A stretch of DNA of 26,925 nucleotides, taken from IMG/VR virus record IMGVR_UViG_3300032212_000123, positions 1 to 26,925 of that record; one strand, written 5' to 3'. A program made the translations under genes and the position numbers. This DNA is from a virus. Its lineage: Duplodnaviria; Caudoviricetes. The notes under the pieces are model-generated. The model did no database searches, was not told the origin of the DNA, and was given only the letters and a program-made list of their open reading frames with translations. Each line of letters opens with the position of its first letter. The first letter of the stretch is position 1. Positions 17,059 through 25,367 of the stretch are shown in pieces.

Positions 17059-18197
17059 TGGAGCCACCCCTCGACGACCAAACCCTCGCGGATCCGATGG
17101 AGGTCACCGTCGGCGGCCGAACTTTGTCCGCCTGGACGTCGGTCGAGGTCGATCGCCCCTTGGACGCGGCGACGGGTTCATTCCGTCTAAGTATAAATCT
17201 CGACGCCTCCCGAGGGCTTCCGGTCAAGCCTTACCAGGAAATCGAAATCCAGGTCGAGGGCGAGCTTCTACTTACGGGATACGTCGACGCGGTCGATTCT
17301 GAATCGGGGAAGGACTCGAGGACGATTATCGTCTCCGGTCGCGACACTACGGCCGACCTCGTCGACTCCTCCTCTCTCGATCCCGCGCTCGCTAACGTCA
17401 CGCTCCAAAAAATCGCCGAGACCCTCTCGACGCCCTTCGGGATCGAGGTCGCCCCCCGCTTCCCCGCCGAGAAAGATTTCCCCTCCGTCGTTTTTACGGT
17501 CTCCCCGGGGGAGACCGCCTTCGCCGCGATCGAGCGCGCCGCGCGCCTTCGCGGGCTTCTGGTTTTTACTCGCGGCGACGGTCGACTCGCAATCGAGGCC
17601 CCCGCCCAAGGGGTCGCCGACGTCCCGCTCGAGGAGGGCCGCGCGGGGAACGTTCTAAAGTCGCGACTCTCCTATTCGAACGCGAACCGCTTCCAGACCT
17701 ATATCGTCCGGGGGCAATCGCCGGGGACCGACTTCGCCTCGGGGGCTTTCGTCGCGGGAGTCGAAGGTCGCGGCGGCGATCTCCAGGTCGACCGATATCG
17801 CCCTCTCGTGATTCTGGCGCCCGCTTCCGTCACCGAGAGCGAGGCGATCGAGCTGGCGAAATGGGAGGCCACGGTCCGCGCCGCGCGCTCCTCGAAGCTG
17901 GTCGTCGAGGTCGCCGGATGGCGACAATCTCTAACCGCGCGCCCGGGGCTAACGCCTGGGACTTCGAAATCGGCCCGCCTTTGGGCAGTAAACGAGCTGG
18001 TCCGCGTTCTCGTTCCGACTCAAGAGATCGAGGGGCGAATGCTGGTTAACCGAGCGCGATTCCGTCGGAGCAGAAAAACCGGAACCAAAACCTCGCTCGA
18101 GCTGATCCGCGAAGATGCCTACGAAACGAAACCGAGCGTCACAACCGAGGAGGATCCCTTCGGGTCGCTCCTCACTGACCAGCCCCTAGGGGGATAG
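17058..18197 (+). CDS. baseplate hub (Mu gpP/gp44-like)
   Basis: W.SV.V.R, LLTGYVD, VSGRD.TADLVD.S, PGET, RF..Y.V.GQ, RYRPL, A.WE...R, V.GWRQ, LW..N..V. Confidence 0.93.
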   Translation: MEPPLDDQTLADPMEVTVGGRTLSAWTSVEVDRPLDAATGSFRLSINLDASRGLPVKPYQEIEIQVEGELLLTGYVDAVDSESGKDSRTIIVSGRDTTADLVDSSSLDPALANVTLQKIAETLSTPFGIEVAPRFPAEKDFPSVVFTVSPGETAFAAIERAARLRGLLVFTRGDGRLAIEAPAQGVADVPLEEGRAGNVLKSRLSYSNANRFQTYIVRGQSPGTDFASGAFVAGVEGRGGDLQVDRYRPLVILAPASVTESEAIELAKWEATVRAARSSKLVVEVAGWRQSLTARPGLTPGTSKSARLWAVNELVRVLVPTQEIEGRMLVNRARFRRSRKTGTKTSLELIREDAYETKPSVTTEEDPFGSLLTDQPLGG

Positions 18198-18767
18198 ATG
18201 GCCGACCAACCGATCGACGCATTACGCCGCCTTTTTCGCCCGTTCTATAACCGGATCGTCGCCGGGATTGCCCGGGGGATCGTTCACGCGGTCAACAATG
18301 CGACCAAGGTCCAAAACCTCCAAACGGAAGCCCTCCGCGACGAGGTCCGCGACGGGGTCGAAAATTTCCAGCCCTACGGATTCGAATCCGTCCCGCTTGC
18401 GGGCGCCGAGGTTCTACTGGTCCACGTTGGAAACTCGCGGGACCATCCGATCGCGGCCCAAGTTACAGACGGACGCTACCGCCCGACCGATGGAGTCGCG
18501 GGGATGGTCGGGATTTACGACGACCAAGGGCAAACCGTCCGAATTTTCCGAGACCGAATCGAGATATCGACGCCGAACAAAGTCGTCCTTACCGCCCCGA
18601 CGATCGAAGTCGTCGGCGATCTCTCCGTCGATGGGGAGATTACGGCGACCGGAGACGTCGCGGACGCGACCGGAACGCTCGCCGATCTCCGGACGGCCTA
18701 CAACTCCCATACGCATATTTCGGCCTCCCCAGGCGCACCGACGGGACCGCCGACTCCGACGGTCTAG
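18198..18767 (+). CDS. baseplate spike (Mu gpQ/gp45-like)
   Basis: E.FQPYGF.S.P..GAE, D.RYRP, G.V.IYDDQG, and a C-terminal YNSHTH iron-binding motif. Confidence 0.93.
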   Translation: MADQPIDALRRLFRPFYNRIVAGIARGIVHAVNNATKVQNLQTEALRDEVRDGVENFQPYGFESVPLAGAEVLLVHVGNSRDHPIAAQVTDGRYRPTDGVAGMVGIYDDQGQTVRIFRDRIEISTPNKVVLTAPTIEVVGDLSVDGEITATGDVADATGTLADLRTAYNSHTHISASPGAPTGPPTPTV

Positions 18768-18799
18768 CATCCGGGGCGAATTTTCCCCATTCTGGGCCC

Positions 18800-19024
18800 T
18801 TGGGATCTCGAAAAATAACGATCGAAGTCTGGCCCGAGGAGCGCGTCGTCGCGCTTACGCGGGACCGCGTCGCGGCCTCCCCGGAGGTTTTCGTCCTCAC
18901 TCCATCCGAAACCGCAGAAGTCGCCGAGGGGCTCCTCGACGCCGCGCGGAAACTGAAACGCGCCCGTCGCCCGGGCGGGAAACATAGGTTCCAAAATGGT
19001 AGACGCTTCGATTCTGATAACTGA
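18800..19024 (+). CDS. small hypothetical protein inserted between gp45 and gp46
   Basis: Fills the gap in the baseplate cluster. Codon usage is typical of the window and the protein looks globular (LTPSETAEVAEGLLDAA). The TTG start is uncertain. Confidence 0.5.
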   Translation: MGSRKITIEVWPEERVVALTRDRVAASPEVFVLTPSETAEVAEGLLDAARKLKRARRPGGKHRFQNGRRFDSDN

Positions 19025-19478
19025 GGACGGCGCCGATCTCGCAATCGAGGCCGACGACCTCGCCCGCGACGACGGACTTCGCTCCGCGATCCTGGTCTCC
19101 CTCTTTACGGACGCGCGGGTTCCCGAAGATACGGAGATTCCCGGCGGCCTGGGATCCGATCGCCGGGGATGGTGGGCCGACCTCGACCGCCGCCGAGGAA
19201 TCGGTTCCCTAGTTTGGCTCGGAGAGCGGGCAAAAATCACGGCGGAGACGATGGAGACGATTCGCGCCGCCGCCTCGGCCGCTCTCGACTGGCTCGTCGC
19301 GGATGCGATCGCCGAGACCGTAAACGTCGCCGTCTCCAGATATGGAACCTCGTCGACGATCGTCCTCGAGATAGAAATTTCCCGGGGCTCGGCCTCTCGA
19401 CACGGCCGACGCTGGGCCGCCGTCGAAAATTACGACCTCACTCTCGAGGGCCTCCGCGTCGCCCTCCTTTTTCGGTAG
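18996..19478 (+). CDS. baseplate protein Mu gp46-like
   Basis: DDGLRSAILVSLFTDAR, RRGWWAD, GSLVWL.R.K and AL.WLV.D. Confidence 0.92.
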   Translation: MVDASILITEDGADLAIEADDLARDDGLRSAILVSLFTDARVPEDTEIPGGLGSDRRGWWADLDRRRGIGSLVWLGERAKITAETMETIRAAASAALDWLVADAIAETVNVAVSRYGTSSTIVLEIEISRGSASRHGRRWAAVENYDLTLEGLRVALLFR

Positions 19479-19487
19479 GGTTCTTTA

Positions 19488-20543
19488 ATGACGTTTACAG
19501 TCCCCACGCTAGCCCAGCTCCGCGCCCGCGTCCGCTCCGAGATCGAATCTCGCCTCGCGGTCGGCCCGCTTCTGGACGATTCAATTCTCGCCGTACTCGG
19601 CGAGGCCGTCGCCGCCCAGGCGCACCTTTTGCATGGTCACCTCGAGCATATTTCCCGCCAAGTGATCCCGGATACGGCCGACTCCGAGTTTCTCGTCCGC
19701 TGGGCGAGCCTTTTCGGCGTCGTTCGAATTGGCGCCACGGGCGCCGCTGGCCCCGTCGCCTTTACGGGTTCCGACGGAGTTCTTATTCCCGCCGGAACAA
19801 TAGTTCGCCGGGAGGACGGAACCGAGTTTTCGACGGACGTCGACGGAACGATCGCGGGCGGGACCGTTTCGATCGCCGTTTCGGCGTCGGCCTTGGGCGC
19901 CTCGTCGAACACGGCCGCCGCGACCGCTCTCGCCTTTCTCTCCCCGATCGCGGGGATCGACGCGGGCTCGGTCGTCGATACGGGCGGAATCGTCGGCGGT
20001 CTCGATACGGAGACCGACGCCGCGCTTCTGGCGCGCCTCGTCGAGGCCCTACAACTCCCGCCAATGGGCGGAAGCCTCGCCGATTATTCAGTCTGGGCGA
20101 AGGAAATCGCGGAGGTTACGCGGGTCTGGGCCGTCGGCGCCCAGTTTGGGCTCGGGAGCGTCGGCGTCGCCTTTGTCACCGACGACGCGGCGACCGGTCC
20201 GATCCCGATCGCCGGGAAGGTCTCCGAAGTCCAGGACCACCTCGACGTCGAGAAACCCGTTACCGCCCTGGTTACAGCTTTCGCGCCGACCGCCCTCGAC
20301 CTCGACCCGGAAATCCAACTTATCGGAACGGATACGCCCGAAATCCGGACCGCAATCCAGACCGCACTCGACGACCTCGTCCGGACAATTGGGGGGCCCT
20401 CTATAACGATCCCGCTTTCGAAGATCTCCGAGGCGATCTCCAACGCGAACGGCGAAGAGGATCACCTCTTAATCTCGCCAGTTGCGGACGTCACGACGAC
20501 CGCGACGCAAGTCCACCAAGTCGGGACGATTACGTTCTCCTAA
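19488..20543 (+). CDS. baseplate wedge J / Mu gp47-like
   Basis: F..PTL..L, QVIPDTAD.E.L, A.G.V.FTG..G..IPAGT, GG.D.ETD..L..R, PP.GG...DY..WA, G.G.V.V. Confidence 0.95.
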   Translation: MTFTVPTLAQLRARVRSEIESRLAVGPLLDDSILAVLGEAVAAQAHLLHGHLEHISRQVIPDTADSEFLVRWASLFGVVRIGATGAAGPVAFTGSDGVLIPAGTIVRREDGTEFSTDVDGTIAGGTVSIAVSASALGASSNTAAATALAFLSPIAGIDAGSVVDTGGIVGGLDTETDAALLARLVEALQLPPMGGSLADYSVWAKEIAEVTRVWAVGAQFGLGSVGVAFVTDDAATGPIPIAGKVSEVQDHLDVEKPVTALVTAFAPTALDLDPEIQLIGTDTPEIRTAIQTALDDLVRTIGGPSITIPLSKISEAISNANGEEDHLLISPVADVTTTATQVHQVGTITFS

Positions 20544-20547
20544 TCCG

Positions 20548-23025
20548 ATGCTACCGATCCCCTCCTTTTTGCTTCTCGGTGACCGGAACATGGAAGGCCG
20601 CGCGCCCTACGCCGACCTCCCGGTCGAACTTCGCGGTCCGCATTCGAACGTACTTACGCATAACGCGACGCTAGACCTTATCGACGACGAGCTGGAGGTT
20701 CTCACCAACAACAAATCGACCTCTCTTTTTGTCGGTCACGGTCCGGAGATGAGCTTCGGCCCCGCGATTCGAAACGCCAATTCCGGCCGCCGCGTTTTTC
20801 TAATGAAGCTCGCGATCGAGGCCTCGCAAATGGCGCCCCTCACGGGGACGTTTAACGACTGGAGCGAAGAGAACTACACCAACGATATGCGCTCGGCGAC
20901 CGACCTTAAGCTCGACCTGGTCGCCTCGACCGCGTCGGACGGCGGTCTCGCCGCTCGAGATCTAACGCTCGACGTCCGAGGGATCGTTCTCTCGCTTGGG
21001 ATTATCGACGCGGCAAGCGTCGCGAACGCGAACGAATTCGCCGATCGATTGCGCTTTCTGGTCGGATACTTCCGCGAGCAAATCCGCGCGGACGGCCGGA
21101 CGAATCTCCCCCTCTATATCCCGATTCCCTTCGCCGTTATTTTGCCCTCGAGAACCGAGGCCGACGATTTGACGCCGGAGGTCGACACGGTCCGCGCGGG
21201 GATTCTTGCCGTCGCGGCCGAGGACGCTACGGTTTTCGCTATCGAAGCCGACGGGCTGGGAATACAAAGCGGGGTCGATTTCGACTCCGAGGCCCAGATC
21301 GAGATCGGCGTCCGATGCGCGACCGCCCTCGCCCCTTACGTCGCGAACGGTTTCCACCTCGCGCCGCCCTTGCCGACGCCGACCTTCCTTTCGACGGCCG
21401 AGGTTTCCGAGGATCTCGAGACGACGCTCTCGAATTACGGCGGGCAAGCGATCGACCTCCTCCCACAGGGGCTAATTTGGACGCGGCGCCACGACTCGAA
21501 CCTTCGACGGGTTCTCGAGGCCCTTCTATACGAGAACGCGAACGTCGACCTCCGCGCCCGAGATTTGGAGCGCGAAGCAATTCCGAAAACGACCTCCGAA
21601 CTCCTAACGGACTGGGAGAGGATCCTCGGCCTTCCGGGTCCTCCGGATCCGCTTCCGGGGTTCTATTTGGACGCGACCGAAACAGAGGGCGCCGACGACC
21701 TGGGCGCCTCGGCCACGGGGACCGAGTACCCCGTCCCGATCGATTTTCCCGAGGTCGAATTTACCGTTTCCGCAATCCTCCAGGCTTCTTTCCTCCGGGT
21801 CGGATCGCTAAACGGATGGAAAACAACGAACGGCGATATCGCCTCGAATACGCTTTTTACCGTGTTTCGTCGCCTCTCCTCGACGTTCTTTAAGGGTTAT
21901 CGGTTCTACCTCTCGGCGAACACGGCCTCGACGGTCGACGTCGGCGGAGGGTCTCTCGCGCCCGCGATGCGGTTACGGATTCAGCTCGGCGACAGTACCG
22001 CGATTAATACTTACGACCTCGAGGACGGAGTCGGGGTTCTCGCTGGAAAGTTCCCCCTCGCCGAGGCCCTCGCGGGGCCCGCTGGCGACGGGATAAACAT
22101 CGTCGAAAAATGGGCGTCGATCTCGCTCCAATACCGAGGAAACAACGGCCCCACGGGAGCCCGGGAGGGATTGCTCCGCGTCGTCGTCAATGGAAAACAG
22201 ATCGCCCCGGATATCGCGATTCCCCAAATAGACCGGATGCAGTTAGCGGCGACGGGCGAGGGCGTCGCGGTCGGCCGAGACGGAAGCTTTAACCAATTCG
22301 TCGGCCGCTTCGATCAAGTCCGAGTTTACGAACGTCTCCTACCTCTCGAGGAACTCGTCGCGCTTTGGAACGACGGCGCGCCGCTTCAAATTCACGGCGG
22401 CGAAACGGGGATCGTATTCGGCTGGGAGTTCGATCTCGCGCAGGGTTCGCCGCTAGTCACTCTCGATAAAATCGGAAGCTACGCAAACGCCGACCTCGAG
22501 CTGGGCGCCGATGCTTTGATTACCTCGAAGCCAGATTTCGGGATCGTCGGCCCTAATATCATTTGCGCGAACGAACTCTCCCCGACCGAGGTCCTCCGCC
22601 GCTTTGAGGCCGTCGCGAAGATCGGCTTTCAGGGTTCGAAGGCTGGGCAATCGGCCGCCTTTTTTGTTGAGCTCGCCGCGTCCGTCGGCTTCGAGATTAC
22701 GGTTTCGGATAATAAGCCCTTCGTCCCCGGAAGCGTCGCGGGGGATTCGATCACCCAAGGAAACTGGGTTTTCGTTTGGGAAGTTCACGCCCCCGAGATC
22801 AACCCCGTATTTTTCTCCGCCGGAAGCGGAACGGCAGGGGAGCGCCTCGTCGTCGACGACGCGCGCCGTCTCGTTTGCGCGCTCGAGGAACACAAGCCCG
22901 CTCAAACGACGGTTTTCTTCCGCTTCGACCTCGAGAATACAACTCCGGGCGCCTGGACTTCGATCGGTCCGCCGCCCGCCGTCGCGACTGCCTTCGCCCC
23001 TAACGTCCTAGCCTCCCAAGCTTAA
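20548..23025 (+). CDS. expanded Mu gp48/YmfQ (DUF2313) baseplate wedge protein with an N-terminal SASA/SGNH-like domain and an internal LamG-like lectin domain
   Basis: YmfQ halves are LLPQGLIW...ELLTDWERILGLP (~21436-21636) and RR..AVAK..GQSAAFF..LA...GF.IT..PF..GS..GD...W.F.W.V...KPAQT.V.F (~22561-22925). The LamG signature is FVGRFDQVRVYERLLPLEELVALWN. SASA-like blocks include LLGDRNMEG and GPEMSFG. Likely start is ATG 20548. Confidence 0.85.
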   Translation: MLPIPSFLLLGDRNMEGRAPYADLPVELRGPHSNVLTHNATLDLIDDELEVLTNNKSTSLFVGHGPEMSFGPAIRNANSGRRVFLMKLAIEASQMAPLTGTFNDWSEENYTNDMRSATDLKLDLVASTASDGGLAARDLTLDVRGIVLSLGIIDAASVANANEFADRLRFLVGYFREQIRADGRTNLPLYIPIPFAVILPSRTEADDLTPEVDTVRAGILAVAAEDATVFAIEADGLGIQSGVDFDSEAQIEIGVRCATALAPYVANGFHLAPPLPTPTFLSTAEVSEDLETTLSNYGGQAIDLLPQGLIWTRRHDSNLRRVLEALLYENANVDLRARDLEREAIPKTTSELLTDWERILGLPGPPDPLPGFYLDATETEGADDLGASATGTEYPVPIDFPEVEFTVSAILQASFLRVGSLNGWKTTNGDIASNTLFTVFRRLSSTFFKGYRFYLSANTASTVDVGGGSLAPAMRLRIQLGDSTAINTYDLEDGVGVLAGKFPLAEALAGPAGDGINIVEKWASISLQYRGNNGPTGAREGLLRVVVNGKQIAPDIAIPQIDRMQLAATGEGVAVGRDGSFNQFVGRFDQVRVYERLLPLEELVALWNDGAPLQIHGGETGIVFGWEFDLAQGSPLVTLDKIGSYANADLELGADALITSKPDFGIVGPNIICANELSPTEVLRRFEAVAKIGFQGSKAGQSAAFFVELAASVGFEITVSDNKPFVPGSVAGDSITQGNWVFVWEVHAPEINPVFFSAGSGTAGERLVVDDARRLVCALEEHKPAQTTVFFRFDLENTTPGAWTSIGPPPAVATAFAPNVLASQA

Positions 23026-23029
23026 AGCT

Positions 23030-24262
23030 ATGCACAGAATCGACACTCCGAACGCCGTTAACTCTCTTTTTGTAGAGAAGGATCCCGCCCTCGGACTCGC
23101 TCCGACGGAAGTCTCCGACGACTGGCTAAACGCAGTCCAGGAGGAACTCGTCGGCGCCGTCGAGGCCTCGGGAATCGTTCTCGACAAGAGCAACAACGGC
23201 CAGCTCGCCCTCGCGATCTCCGCCCTCGTTACGCCCGGAACGTTCAAGAAAAACGCTCTCGTAAATTCGGCCTTTGAGGTCAATCAACGCTACCACCTAA
23301 TTACGGCGCCGACGGGGAACGTCGTCACCTCGGTTTATCCGGCGGGGGGCTATTACGTCGACCGCTGGGCCCACAATATCCCGAGCGGGGCCGGATCGAT
23401 GACGGTCCTCCAAACGAAACACCCCCTCGACCTTTCGGCCGAGGAACTCCCCCAGAACTTGGTCGCGCCCGCGTTCTTCCTGAACATGGATTGCACGGTC
23501 GGCTTTGCTTCCGGGGATACTCCTTCTTTGCGTCAACGGATCGAGGGCGTCCGGACCTTCGCCGATCTAAACGTCGTCGTTTCCTTCTACGCTCGCCTAA
23601 ATGGCGGGTCGACCCAAGTCGTCCCCTCCCTAACGCAAAATTTCGGAAGCTCCGGATCGACTCCGGTCACGCTAACGGGCTCGGCGATTACCTTAACCGC
23701 CGCCTGGAAACGCTATCAGTCGACCTTCACGCTCGGCGCGCTCACCGGAAAAACAATCGGCGCCTTTACGGGATACCCCGACGACTACGTCGAACTTTCC
23801 CTCGACTTCGATACGGCGGCGACCTTCGACCTCGATATTTCGAACGTCCAGCTAGAGCGCGGAACAATCGCGACGGAATGGGAGGCCCTTCGATACGAGG
23901 ACGAGCTTCTCTCGTGTTTGCGCTTCTACGAAAAAAGCTCGAACGGAGATTCCGCCCCCGAACTTTTCGAAAGTCCCGCCGCTATTGCGGGATGCTGGGA
24001 AACCCTCTCGGGCAATGTTTGCTACGCGGCGAATACGCCCTTCCGAGTCGAGAAGCGAACCGAGCCGACGATCGTCTGGTATCAGGGAGGATCGGGATCG
24101 GCAACGGCGGATCGAATCCTTTGGGGGGGCGTAGTGCGAACAGTTTCGGGAACCGATGCGGCGACCCGCTCGACGCTTTCGACTGGCGCGCCCGACTGCA
24201 CCGGAAGCCCCTCCGGAGTAGAGCCTTTTAACTGCAATTGGACCGCCGACGCCGAGCTTTAA
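23030..24262 (+). CDS. tail fibre / receptor-binding protein
   Basis: Mu-type N-terminus MHRIDTP...DWLNAVQEEL...EASGIVLDK.NN.QL..AI. C-terminal carbohydrate-binding-like fibre domain (N..VN..F.VNQR, DRW, QRIE, WKRY, VQLE.G..AT, EL..C.RFYE). Confidence 0.88.
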   Translation: MHRIDTPNAVNSLFVEKDPALGLAPTEVSDDWLNAVQEELVGAVEASGIVLDKSNNGQLALAISALVTPGTFKKNALVNSAFEVNQRYHLITAPTGNVVTSVYPAGGYYVDRWAHNIPSGAGSMTVLQTKHPLDLSAEELPQNLVAPAFFLNMDCTVGFASGDTPSLRQRIEGVRTFADLNVVVSFYARLNGGSTQVVPSLTQNFGSSGSTPVTLTGSAITLTAAWKRYQSTFTLGALTGKTIGAFTGYPDDYVELSLDFDTAATFDLDISNVQLERGTIATEWEALRYEDELLSCLRFYEKSSNGDSAPELFESPAAIAGCWETLSGNVCYAANTPFRVEKRTEPTIVWYQGGSGSATADRILWGGVVRTVSGTDAATRSTLSTGAPDCTGSPSGVEPFNCNWTADAEL

Positions 24263-24265
24263 ACC

Positions 24266-24700
24266 ATGACCGAAACGAATCCGCCCGCAGAACTCCCCGC
24301 AAATCCCGCCGACGCCTTGGTTCTAAACATGCCAGGCGCGCCCGGGAAAGACGGGCCTAGTATTAAACTGACCGGGAAAACCTGGGCGGGAGCGTCTGGA
24401 ATTCTGGCGGCCGCGATGTTTGTCCATACGCAGCTAATTATTCCGGCCGTCGGAACTATCGCGGAGCGAAAGGCGGACGCCGCCGTCGAGGAATTCGACC
24501 AGGAACACAGCAGCGAAGGACACCCGCACGAGGTCACGCGGGCGGAGATGCAAGTCGAATTTACTCGTTTAATCGAGAAGCTCGAGCCACTGGCGACGCA
24601 GGCCTCGGTTGATTTGATACAGAACAACCTAGAACACGCGACTAAGGAAATTGGCGAAATGCGGAAGGATATCGACGAACTGGAAAGCGCGGAGAGATGA
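24266..24700 (+). CDS. membrane-anchored coiled-coil protein (possible holin/lysis-related)
   Basis: One hydrophobic segment (WAGASGILAAAMFVHTQLIIPAV) and a C-terminal heptad-like helix. Function is inferred from position only. Confidence 0.55.
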   Translation: MTETNPPAELPANPADALVLNMPGAPGKDGPSIKLTGKTWAGASGILAAAMFVHTQLIIPAVGTIAERKADAAVEEFDQEHSSEGHPHEVTRAEMQVEFTRLIEKLEPLATQASVDLIQNNLEHATKEIGEMRKDIDELESAER

Positions 24701-24819
24701 ATCTCCGGCCGGACGAGCGGGAACTTCTGGCTCGCTTCGTCGGTTTCGTATGCCTTCTGGCTCTCCTGGTCGGCCTTTTCCTCCTCTTCCGCTGGCTCGT
24801 TTCCTCCCCGGGCTCTTGA
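24697..24819 (+). CDS. 40-aa single-pass membrane protein (not in the ORF track)
   Basis: ATGA overlap with the upstream gene and GGAG upstream. Translation is MNLRPDERELLARFVGFVCLLALLVGLFLLFRWLVSSPGS. Confidence 0.6.
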   Translation: MNLRPDERELLARFVGFVCLLALLVGLFLLFRWLVSSPGS

Positions 24820-24920
24820 TAGTCTCGACCCCCTAAAGATTCTCCTCGCCCCCGTTCTTCTTTGGTTTCTTGTGGCCCCGGGAAGTCCGGGGGCACTTAC
24901 ACCCCGACCCACCTATTCCG

Positions 24921-25367
24921 ATGGCAAATTTCTGGTATCTCGAAGGCCTTCTCGCCCTCTTTAACGGGGAGATCGATCTCGCGAACGACACGCTCCGCGC
25001 CCTTCTCGTTATGACGAACACGACGGCCGACACGGATACGGCCGCCCAATTCGTCGGCGACGTCGGCACCTTGGACGAACACGACGGCTTGAATTATGCC
25101 CGCCAGACCGTCGTCCAGTCCGCGCCCGCGATCGACGTCCCGAACTCCCGCGTCGAAATGGCGGCGACCGCGTCCGTCTGGAGCGCGCTCGGAGTCGGAA
25201 CCCGCGACGCCCAGGCCGCGATCCTCTTTAAGTTCGTCACGAACGACGCCGACTCTCCGCTCCTGGTTTACTTCGATTCCGGCGGGTTCCCGTTTGGCGC
25301 TTCTGGCGCCGACTTTACCCTTAACTGGAATGCGGAGGGCGCCGTCCAGCTAAAGAGCGGAACGTGA
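24921..25367 (+). CDS. conserved phage tail-associated beta-rich protein
   Basis: MAN..Y..G.......IDL..DT....L, E..G..Y.R, A..L.K......SPL..Y.D and G.DFT..WN..G form a pattern seen in minor tail proteins. The start is ATG 24921 rather than 24870. Confidence 0.65.
   Translation: MANFWYLEGLLALFNGEIDLANDTLRALLVMTNTTADTDTAAQFVGDVGTLDEHDGLNYARQTVVQSAPAIDVPNSRVEMAATASVWSALGVGTRDAQAAILFKFVTNDADSPLLVYFDSGGFPFGASGADFTLNWNAEGAVQLKSGT

Noticed and set aside
19169-20674. 501-aa Arg-rich + strand ORF overlapping gp46/gp47
   Set aside because: Off-frame shadow of real genes. High GC and TG/TA scarcity remove stop codons, and no motifs are present.
21637-22560. Intein in the gp48-like gene
   Set aside because: No N-terminal Cys/Ser block, no His-Asn terminus and no LAGLIDADG motifs. 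The insert has LamG motifs.
11043-24262. Stand-alone tailocin, eCIS or T6SS-like system
   Set aside because: Intact terminase, portal and capsid genes are contiguous with the tail, so this is a phage.
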